Assembly: GCA_963662715.1 (NCBI GenBank) | Contig: OY759724.1 | Coordinates: 2,280,001 to 2,312,000, forward strand | From: Candidatus Omnitrophota bacterium | GTDB taxonomy: Bacteria > Omnitrophota > Gorgyraeia > Zapsychrales > JANLHA01 | DNA length: 32,000 nt | Reading direction: 5' to 3' | In this document: piece after piece, positions 10,988 through 17,741 of the stretch | Position numbering within the stretch: position 1 is the stretch's first letter | Layout: each line of letters opens with the position of its first letter | Translations under genes and position numbers: made by a program | The notes under the pieces: model-generated | Told to the model about the DNA's origin: nothing | What the model saw: the letters and a program-made list of their open reading frames with translations, nothing else | Databases searched by the model: none

Positions 10988-12178
10988 TTATTCAGGTATT
11001 AATAACACAACGGTCGTAGTATTGTGAAAGCCGCTTAATTGTCCGGGTATTAAGCCGATTTCCCCGTAAGTTTCAAACCCTATGATGGGAACGTCGCCAA
11101 TAACGTTTTTGACGGCTTTCACCCCTTCAAAGAAATCCTCTCCCAGAATCAAAGAACGGCAGACACAGTCAAAAACAAAAGCCCCGGCCAATTTTGCTCC
11201 TCCGCTGGATTTTAGCGCCAGTTCAGCGGCTATCTTGGCTGACTGAATCTGGTCCTCTTTCGGGCTTTTGCAGATCCTCAGCACAGATCCTTCAATCATC
11301 GTGCAGGCAAAATTAAGCGATCCGTCTTCATTGATTGATAAAGGCACGCGTATTTTGTAGTCGCTGCCGGTTTCTAGGCCTGCTTCAAAACGAATAAGAA
11401 ACGCGCCAATGTCTTCAGCCGTTTTGAGTTGATCGACATCAACGCCGATTTTTTTCGCTTCTTCTTTCACGGATTCTTTCCAGACATCAAAAGCTTTTCT
11501 CCCGTCGACTTCATAAACCACGTTCCCTTTGGCCTTTGTAATGGTCAGCGGTTCAGAGACCGGAGAGTGCCCGTGTTTGACTCCGATAGCGACAGGAGTT
11601 TTGGACGACACCATACAGACCGTCAGGGCATCGGTCACCGCTTGCTGATTGAGAAAGACTTTGGTCTCCTTGAATTGCAGGTCATCCCCGGCAGCACCCC
11701 CGCTTAACGTGACATCCGCTCCCAGTTCCGATAAGGCCGCCAGAGAAGCTTCTTCGCCGTTGCCGGCGAGCCCGTCAACATGAAGAATGGCCGATTTGTG
11801 GGGGAAGTCATCCGCTGCTTCCGAAAAAGAGGCTTTGGCTTTGCGGATAGCTTCAAGTTGGTCTTCCTTGAGCCCGGTTCCAAGTCCAGCCGAAAATTTA
11901 TGCGTATCAGAAGAAATCAGGCCGCAGACAATGCTTTCTTTGTCAGCTTTGGCTTCATTGAATTCTCCCGCCGAAGAACTTCCGATCAGGAGAGCATCTC
12001 CGACGACTTCTTTGACCCCTTTTAACACATTGTTATAGTTGTATTTGCTGGAAGCATAAACAACAGCTAAATCAATTTTGTCTGTCCCCAATTTGTCCAA
12101 GGCTTGCTGAGCGACTTGTTTACCGACCGTATAGCTTTCTTCCCCTTTTGCGATCGCAGTAGAAAATTTGGTGCCCAT
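10988..12178 (-). CDS. FIST (FIST_N + FIST_C) domain sensory protein with no attached output domain
   Basis: The N-terminus (...LGTDKIDLAVVYASSKYNYNNVLKGVKEVVGDALLIGSSSAGEF) matches the FIST_N pattern as I remember it. The 396-aa length fits FIST_N plus FIST_C only. AGGAGA lies upstream of the ATG. Confidence 0.75.
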   Translation of the reverse strand: MGTKFSTAIAKGEESYTVGKQVAQQALDKLGTDKIDLAVVYASSKYNYNNVLKGVKEVVGDALLIGSSSAGEFNEAKADKESIVCGLISSDTHKFSAGLGTGLKEDQLEAIRKAKASFSEAADDFPHKSAILHVDGLAGNGEEASLAALSELGADVTLSGGAAGDDLQFKETKVFLNQQAVTDALTVCMVSSKTPVAIGVKHGHSPVSEPLTITKAKGNVVYEVDGRKAFDVWKESVKEEAKKIGVDVDQLKTAEDIGAFLIRFEAGLETGSDYKIRVPLSINEDGSLNFACTMIEGSVLRICKSPKEDQIQSAKIAAELALKSSGGAKLAGAFVFDCVCRSLILGEDFFEGVKAVKNVIGDVPIIGFETYGEIGLIPGQLSGFHNTTTVVLLIPE

Positions 12179-12534
12179 GTAGTTCTCCTTGTAATAATTT
12201 GAAAATAAACGGATATCCTTCCTTTATTTTAGTAGATTCCTTTAAAAATAAAATATTTAATTGAATTATTTCTCGCGAATCCCGGGAGGGGGGAGGACGT
12301 TTTCTGCCAGCGGGAAGGATATGTTCCAAGGCCTGCCTGAAATTGAAAGAATTTAATATTTGCGATAGTTCTTCAGAAAATGAGTTGCTATTCTTATTCT
12401 CGAATGATTTAATAAACATTTAAGTCTTTGCCTGCCCAGAATGCGCATGCCGTATTTAAACATAAGTTTCGGCTTGTCCCGTCATGATTGCATGAGGAGA
12501 TGAGACGGCCGTCTTTATGAGGAGATGAACAAAA

Positions 12535-14037
12535 ATGAGTTCTTTTAACGTTATATGCCAGCGAGTTGACAGTTTCTTGAGAGATAAGACTTGTCATAAA
12601 CTCATTATCCTTGCAGGGATATTTTTCCGTTTGACCCAATATTTTTATAACCGCTCCTTATGGTTTGACGAAGCTTATGTCGCCAATAAGCTCATAAAAT
12701 TTTCTCTTTCAGAATTAATCCAGGGGCCTTTCCCGGAGAAATCCTTGGCTTACCCTTTTGGCTTTTCCTTTATAGAAAAAATAATGGTTGTTTTGTTCGG
12801 GAGCCACGAATATGTTTTTCGTTTTTTTCCTTTGTTTTACGGGGTGATATCCCTGATCCTTTTTTATGCCCTTATTATCCACGTCCTATCTCCCAGAGCC
12901 AGATTTGTTGCCTTATGCCTGTTTGCTTTTTCCCCTTCATTAATTCTGTATTCGACAGAGTTGAAACCTTATTCGGGGGATGTCGCCTTTGTGTTAATGT
13001 TTATGGTGGCTATAAAATGGTTCCTTGATAACAAATTAACAAAACGATCGGTGTCGTTCGTGAGCCTTTTAGGCGGTATTCTCATATGGTTCTCTCATCC
13101 CATAATATTTGTTTTGGCGGGGGCAGGGATAGTTCTGTCCATTATTAAAATAAAAGAGAGGAAGGAGCCGTTGTGGCGTCCTTTGGCCTTTGTCCTTTTT
13201 TCCTGGATGTCCAGTTTTGCCCTGAATTATTTCTTTGTCCTGAGGGTTTTCTCCCGGGGGGAGTATCTTACGGATTATTGGGCGAAGTTTTTTTTGCCCG
13301 TGTTTCCGGTAAAACTGGTCAACCTGATTTTTCATTACACCATTTTTCTTGATGTGTTCCGTTATCCGGTCAGCGCGAAATTCCCCTTTTTGTGTAGTAT
13401 TTTATTTCTTGCCGGTTGTGTGAAAATGTTTTACCGTGAACGGCGGGACTTTTTCCTTCTCATCAGCCCTATCGTGATCACTCTATTGGCATCGGTTCTG
13501 CACATATATCCTTTCTTTGAACGTTTAATATTGTTCCTTGTCCCTTTTTATATCCTCTTTGTTGCGGAAGGGGCTGACGGTGTTATCGAAAGAATTAAAT
13601 ATAAAAATATTTGCCCTCTGCTCATGTTGCTCTTTGTCCTGCCGGCATTTTTTACCGAATGTTCACGTGTGGGAGACCCTTCTTTTTATCGTTATGAGGA
13701 AAGCCGAGAGGTGGTCCGGTATATGGTGGAACATAAACAAGCGGGGGATTATTTTATTTTGCCGGATAAATCCCAAGCGGCTTTTCGATTTTATTCTGGC
13801 CGAATGAATTTCGTCCCGTCCGCCAGCGGCATTAAGGTGTTGTCCTGCACGCATGAACTGCAATCCGTAATTAAGTCTGTATCCGGCAGAGACCGCTTCT
13901 GGTTGTTTTTGGCCCATGTGGGCAAAAAGGATAAAGAATTTATGCTGGAGATGATGCATCATCATGCCGAACTTGTTGATTCCTTTTTTCAGTCGGGTGC
14001 CCGAGCTTACCTTTTTCAGATAGAACCCGATCCGTAA
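12535..14037 (+). CDS. Polytopic membrane protein, GT-C fold glycosyltransferase (family 39 / ArnT-PMT like)
   Basis: Many hydrophobic segments. The SLWFDEAY motif follows the first TM, as in ArnT/PMT_2-type enzymes. A roughly 120-aa soluble C-terminal domain follows. AGGAGA lies 9 nt upstream of the ATG. Confidence 0.6.
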   Translation: MSSFNVICQRVDSFLRDKTCHKLIILAGIFFRLTQYFYNRSLWFDEAYVANKLIKFSLSELIQGPFPEKSLAYPFGFSFIEKIMVVLFGSHEYVFRFFPLFYGVISLILFYALIIHVLSPRARFVALCLFAFSPSLILYSTELKPYSGDVAFVLMFMVAIKWFLDNKLTKRSVSFVSLLGGILIWFSHPIIFVLAGAGIVLSIIKIKERKEPLWRPLAFVLFSWMSSFALNYFFVLRVFSRGEYLTDYWAKFFLPVFPVKLVNLIFHYTIFLDVFRYPVSAKFPFLCSILFLAGCVKMFYRERRDFFLLISPIVITLLASVLHIYPFFERLILFLVPFYILFVAEGADGVIERIKYKNICPLLMLLFVLPAFFTECSRVGDPSFYRYEESREVVRYMVEHKQAGDYFILPDKSQAAFRFYSGRMNFVPSASGIKVLSCTHELQSVIKSVSGRDRFWLFLAHVGKKDKEFMLEMMHHHAELVDSFFQSGARAYLFQIEPDP

Positions 14038-14085
14038 TATTATCTGAGCGTTACGAATCAGCAGGTTTGAGAGTGCCCCGGCGTC

Positions 14086-14114
14086 TTGTCTCGGCCGGCA
14101 TTATATGTTATATT
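14086..14114 (+). promoter_or_regulatory. Sigma-70-like promoter: -35 TTGTCT, 17-nt spacer, extended -10 TGtTATATT
   Basis: TTGTCT at 14086-14091, TG at 14106-14107, TATATT at 14109-14114. The predicted start near 14121 coincides with the first base of the 12-bp closing helix of the downstream RNA. Confidence 0.5.
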
Positions 14115-14120
14115 TCAAGT

Positions 14121-14359
14121 AAGCCGATAAAGGTAAACTTGAGGAAACTCGAGGACACAAAACTCCAGACCTAAGTTATTCGAGAACCGGGAGGGCCCTG
14201 AAGTTCGGGGCAGGCGTAGACGGTGTGTGGTTATTAGGATGATAAGGTGGCTGAGTTGCCGTGAGCTGGTTGTGGGGTTAACATCCCGTCTTTATCGGCT
14301 TGTTTTCTTTAATACCAACCCTTATTGTTAAAACTCCGTTAACAGTAAGGGTTTTTTTT
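14121..14359 (+). ncRNA. Candidate structured small RNA of unknown class, bounded by a promoter and an intrinsic terminator
   Basis: The perfect 12-bp helix AAGCCGAUAAAG (14121-14132) / CUUUAUCGGCUU (14290-14301) encloses about 157 nt. Local hairpins inside it are CUUGAG-GAAA-CUCGAG (14138-14153) and GCCCUG-AAGUU-CGGGGC (14195-14211). A 7-bp long-range pairing AACUCCA (14161-14167) / UGGGGUU (14273-14279) is also possible. There is no plausible ORF. A terminator follows immediately. Confidence 0.5.
14319..14359 (+). terminator. Rho-independent terminator
   Basis: A 13-bp stem (14319-14331 / 14339-14351, one G-U pair) with a 7-nt loop is followed directly by eight T residues (14352-14359). 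Confidence 0.8.
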
Positions 14360-14564
14360 ATCCCGGATCCGCAAGGATTGAAGACGTCCGGGCATCAAAG
14401 GCGTGCTCTCGCTTCCATGGCAAACCCGTTGAATAACTTTGAGATAAGCCGTTTTTACGGGCGCCTGTCCTGTCCTCTGCCCGGCACCCGGACGCCATCA
14501 CGGAGCAAAGACAAGACTTTTTCGTCCAATCGTTAATGAAATCCTATCATATATAAAAAAATAT

Positions 14565-14572
14565 GTTATAAT
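14565..14572 (+). promoter_or_regulatory. Extended -10 element TGtTATAAT directly upstream of the Zn-ribbon ORF
   Basis: TG at 14565-14566 and TATAAT at 14567-14572. It shares the identical 10-mer ATATGTTATA with the promoter at 14103-14112. Only 10 nt separate the -10 from ATG 14583, and no SD is present. Confidence 0.4.
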
Positions 14573-14582
14573 ATCACCTCAA

Positions 14583-14888
14583 ATGAGCCAACAAAAACTA
14601 ATACGAGTTTATCAAGATCTCGATTTGAAAGATATAAAAGAGCATCTGCTTATTTACGGGGACTTGTCCGGGGCCTGCGCTAACTGCCAAACTGTTGATA
14701 TCAAATTGAACCAGGCCAAGTGTCCCGATTGCCAAACGGAATTCAAGTATATTGCCTTCCGAAACATTAAGAATCATTATCCTAAAGTCCATCATATAAA
14801 GACAGAGCGCCCGGATATCCTGATTGTTGATCATGATGACTACAAGCGTATGATGGGAGCTTTGAAAGCCGAGGAGTTTTTGAAATGA
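14583..14888 (+). CDS. Hypothetical 101-aa protein with a CxxC-x13-CxxC zinc-ribbon motif
   Basis: CANCQTVDIKLNQAKCPDCQ. The stop overlaps the start of the next gene (ATGA at 14885-14888). Confidence 0.55.
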   Translation: MSQQKLIRVYQDLDLKDIKEHLLIYGDLSGACANCQTVDIKLNQAKCPDCQTEFKYIAFRNIKNHYPKVHHIKTERPDILIVDHDDYKRMMGALKAEEFLK

Positions 14889-16030
14889 TTCATAAGGACC
14901 GGTTGGTCACGTTAACTCAAAAGGTCATAAGCATTAATTCTGAAAATCCCCCTGGGCGGGAACAAAAGTTGGCCAAATTTATCGCCCAGGATATGAAATC
15001 ATTGGGCCTGCAGGTTAAATGTGTGTCTTTTGCCTCCAAACGGCCTAACATCATTGCGACTTTGAAGGGAACCTGGCCGAGAAAAAAGGCCCGGCAGAAA
15101 GCCCTGCTTATCACGCCGCATTTTGATACGGTGCCTATCGGCCAGGGATGGACGCAGGATCCGCTGGGGGGGCGCATTATCCGTGGCCGGATTTATGGCC
15201 GGGGAGCCACGGACGATAAAGGGAACTTGGCGTGCTGTATGGAAGTCATGCGCAGTCTGGTCGAGGACCGTGTTAAGCTGAACCGGGATCTGGTCATGGC
15301 GGCAACGGTTGACGAAGAAACGGGCAGCCATCAGGGTATCGTGCCGCTGCTGGACAAGAAGATCCTTCAGCCGCATACGGCCGTGATCCTGGATTCTGAT
15401 GACTTTAACACCATTATTGCTCAGAAGGGGTTGTTGCATTGCCGGGTGCAGATTTTCGGGAAAAAGGCGCACGGGGCGTATAACTGGCAGGGAATCAATG
15501 CGATCGAGGTCGCCGCCAGAATTATTGTTAAGTTGAAAAAACACAAATTCAAATTTTCCAAGCATGTTCTGCTTCAGCCCCCGACTGTGAATGTCGGAAC
15601 GATCAGGGGCGGGGATAAAGTCAATATGGTCGCCGATCATTGTGAGTTGAGCCTGGATGTCCGTTTCCTCCCGGGCATGAAAAGCGCCGTGTTGTTGCAA
15701 GATATAAGGCACATGATACAGACGGAAACGAAACGGTTTAAAATTGTCGTGGACGACCTTCAGCAGCCCTATGAAATTGATGCCGCGCATCCTCTGGTAG
15801 ATACGTATGTGCAGACCGCCCGTTCTTTGGGCATCCGCACGTCCCTTAAGGGCAGTGAAGGAGCCACCGTGATTACGTTTTTTAAGAAACATAACATTCC
15901 GGCTTTCGCAACAGGGTACGGAGCTCAGGGGACAGCGCACACAACGGATGAGTACGCCAGAGTATCCACCCTCCATAAAGGGGCCCGCCTGCTGGAAAAA
16001 TTTATAAAGGACTTTGACCAGAAATTATGA
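14885..16030 (+). CDS. M20 family metallopeptidase (ArgE/DapE-like deacylase)
   Basis: Metal and catalytic motifs HFDTVP, GRGATDDKG and DEETGS. The 381-aa length fits. I cannot separate ArgE from DapE by eye. Confidence 0.85.
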   Translation: MIHKDRLVTLTQKVISINSENPPGREQKLAKFIAQDMKSLGLQVKCVSFASKRPNIIATLKGTWPRKKARQKALLITPHFDTVPIGQGWTQDPLGGRIIRGRIYGRGATDDKGNLACCMEVMRSLVEDRVKLNRDLVMAATVDEETGSHQGIVPLLDKKILQPHTAVILDSDDFNTIIAQKGLLHCRVQIFGKKAHGAYNWQGINAIEVAARIIVKLKKHKFKFSKHVLLQPPTVNVGTIRGGDKVNMVADHCELSLDVRFLPGMKSAVLLQDIRHMIQTETKRFKIVVDDLQQPYEIDAAHPLVDTYVQTARSLGIRTSLKGSEGATVITFFKKHNIPAFATGYGAQGTAHTTDEYARVSTLHKGARLLEKFIKDFDQKL

Positions 16031-16761
16031 TAAAAAGATATGAAATAATTTTCGGCGCACTGTTGCTGTTGATGCTTTTTAACCCGGGTTACGGACGGGG
16101 CGAAACGATGAAACCACTCCCTTTTAAGACGGGTGAAGAAATAAGATATAACGTTAAGAAATTTGGCGTCAAGGCCGGCACCGCGACATTGCGTTTCGAA
16201 GGGCAGACACAGTTGAACGGAAAGAGCGCCTATTTGATCGTTTTCACGGTCAAGGGCTTGAACTTTTTTGATGAGGAACGGATCTATGTCGATCCTTACA
16301 GCTTTTTGCCGATACAGGTGGACAGGGATGTTAATGTCTTCGGGAAAGAGGAAAAGATCACCGAGGTTTATGATCATCAGGCAGGACAGGTTGTTTTAAC
16401 AAAAAAGAAAGGCGACAGGGAAGTTCAGGAGACGATAGAAAAACAGGGTAAGATTGAGAATATTTACGGTTTTATCTACCGGTACAGAAGAGATGGTTCG
16501 TTCGGCGAAGGAGAGACAATAAAGTTATCTCTCCCCACGAAGGATATGTCTTTTCAACTGGAAGGCAAAGAGAAAATTTCGTTAGGGCGGAAACAATATG
16601 AGGCCTATATTATGGAGAGCCATCCCAGACAATTCCGGGTTTGGTTTGATGAAAGCCCCAAGAAGATTCCGTTAAGAATTGACGGGGCCATGGGGTTTGG
16701 CCAAACATCAATGGTTTTGGCTCAGTATGATGAAAGCCGGCCTGAACAGGTTAAAGAATAA
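16027..16761 (+). CDS. Secreted protein, DUF3108-like
   Basis: N-terminal signal peptide (IIFGALLLLMLFNPGYG). The FGVKAGTATLRF...GKSAYLIVFTVKG pattern resembles DUF3108 as I remember it. The start overlaps the M20 stop (ATGA). Confidence 0.5.
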   Translation: MIKRYEIIFGALLLLMLFNPGYGRGETMKPLPFKTGEEIRYNVKKFGVKAGTATLRFEGQTQLNGKSAYLIVFTVKGLNFFDEERIYVDPYSFLPIQVDRDVNVFGKEEKITEVYDHQAGQVVLTKKKGDREVQETIEKQGKIENIYGFIYRYRRDGSFGEGETIKLSLPTKDMSFQLEGKEKISLGRKQYEAYIMESHPRQFRVWFDESPKKIPLRIDGAMGFGQTSMVLAQYDESRPEQVKE

Positions 16762-16773
16762 AAGGAGAAGAAA

Positions 16774-17697
16774 ATGGATTTAAAAGGGACGATTGTTTTT
16801 TCTTCTGGCAAATCGGGGGATTACGATATCTTTACCTTGGACTTGGATTCCCAAAGAGTGGACCAGCTGACGACAGGGGATTGCTGGAACGATTGTCCCA
16901 AATGGTCTCCGGACGGCCAGCATATTGTTTTTATCTCCAACCGGACCGGCACTCCGGAAATCTGGGTCATGGATGCCGAAGGGAAGGATGAACGGCGTAT
17001 CACGCAACAGGACCGTTGGCATAACACCCCGGCCTGGTCACCGGACGGCAGGAAGATTGTTTTTTGCGCGAATTATGACGGCAATGTCAATATTTATACG
17101 ATGAGCCTGGACGGTTCGGAACGCCGGCAGATTACAAATTATGAAGCGATGGATTATACGCCGCAATTTTCTCCCGACGGCAGTAAAATTATCTTCACGT
17201 CAAAGAAATCCGGGAGCGCCGACATTTGGGCCTATCATTGTCCCTCCGGCCAGATCGATCAGCTGACGTCTTATGAAGGCCGTGATTATGCCCCGACGTA
17301 TTCGCCTGACGGGACAAGAATCGCTTTCATATCCGGCTTGCTGGGGGAGCAGGGAGAGGAAAATTTGGAAGTTTACCTTATGGACGCTCAAGGCGAAAAC
17401 GTGCAGCGTATTACCCGGAATCTCGGTTCCGAGCGTCACGTGACATGGTCCCCCTGTGGAAACTATCTCATTTATACCTCCAGCAAGAAGACATCTGCCG
17501 CAGAACGTCTTATGGTGGTTGATCTGGAGAAGATGAAAACCGAAGCTCTGAAATTCGACCGGGCAGAACTGGAAGCAGAAATTAAGTCCCCGCCGTTAGC
17601 CTACGGGATTTTTTCTTTATTGCCCGAGGGGATCCGGAGGAAATTCTACCCGGATTACTATTTCGGTTCAGAGCGTTTTCCTGATTGGAAATATTAG
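16774..17697 (+). CDS. PD40/TolB-like beta-propeller repeat protein with no detectable signal peptide
   Basis: Four SPDG and one SPCG repeat signatures occur at regular spacing (WSPDGQHIVF, WSPDGRKIVF, FSPDGSKIIF, YSPDGTRIAF, WSPCGNYLIY). AGGAG lies upstream of the ATG. Confidence 0.8.
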   Translation: MDLKGTIVFSSGKSGDYDIFTLDLDSQRVDQLTTGDCWNDCPKWSPDGQHIVFISNRTGTPEIWVMDAEGKDERRITQQDRWHNTPAWSPDGRKIVFCANYDGNVNIYTMSLDGSERRQITNYEAMDYTPQFSPDGSKIIFTSKKSGSADIWAYHCPSGQIDQLTSYEGRDYAPTYSPDGTRIAFISGLLGEQGEENLEVYLMDAQGENVQRITRNLGSERHVTWSPCGNYLIYTSSKKTSAAERLMVVDLEKMKTEALKFDRAELEAEIKSPPLAYGIFSLLPEGIRRKFYPDYYFGSERFPDWKY

Positions 17698-17741
17698 TCG
17701 TGTAAATAATTTATTATCAGGGTTGTGAACATAAGGAGAAT

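Noticed and set aside
12120-12639. Two minus-strand ORFs (99 and 76 aa) in and around the FIST/GT-C divergent intergenic region
   Set aside because: The first overlaps the FIST start codon region in another frame. The second overlaps the first 105 nt of the glycosyltransferase gene. I saw no ribosome-binding sites and no recognisable motifs, though a small real gene here cannot be fully excluded.
14203-14214. GUUCGGGGCAGG, identical to the start of the FMN (RFN) riboswitch core
   Set aside because: None of the following conserved RFN segments is present (GGUGAAAUUCCC, ACCGGCGGUA, the GCCGACAGU...AGUCUGGAUG region). It is a short chance match.
14244-14263. AAGGUGGC...GCCGUG, resembling a T-box antiterminator sequence, which was tempting given the trp context
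   Set aside because: It does not match the contiguous T-box consensus (GGGUGGNACCGCG). There is no Stem I or specifier-loop architecture, and the terminator 5' arm does not overlap it.
14121-14301. RNase P RNA-like strings: GAGGAAAC at 14141, and CCCGUCUUUAUCGG near 14285 resembling ...CCCGGCUUAUCGG
   Set aside because: The RNA is only about 180 nt between the closing-helix strands, far shorter than a bacterial RNase P RNA. The two strings cannot form a P4 helix with each other, and the other universal elements are absent.
14148-14420. A cluster of 6-bp palindromes (CTCGAG, GGGCCC, GTTAAC twice, GGATCC, GACGTC, CCATGG) that might suggest an engineered or restriction-related segment
   Set aside because: One position in 64 is expected to start a palindromic hexamer. 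That gives about eight in a 540-bp region, which is what is seen.
14083-14517. A 9-nt inverted repeat, GTCTTGTCT (14083-14091) / AGACAAGAC (14509-14517), bracketing the whole non-coding region
   Set aside because: It does not extend on either side. A rough count gives about 1.5e5 position pairs against 2.6e5 possible 9-mers, so roughly one such match every other region is expected by chance.
14300-14536. A 78-aa + strand ORF in the long non-coding gap
   Set aside because: It starts at a TTG with no SD and runs straight through the 13-bp-stem/T8 terminator. Its product is Pro/Arg/Ser-rich. The internal ATG at 14417 also lacks an SD.
14999-15976. A 325-aa ORF on the minus strand, plus similar long antisense ORFs at 6820-7329, 9622-10107, 18699-19133, 20365-20928 and 23325-23843
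   Set aside because: Each lies entirely inside a + strand gene whose product carries unmistakable family motifs (M20, MurA, TrpC, TrpB, M16, ArgS). The antisense translations are Arg/Pro/Gly-rich and low in complexity, with no recognisable motifs. These are typical shadow ORFs.
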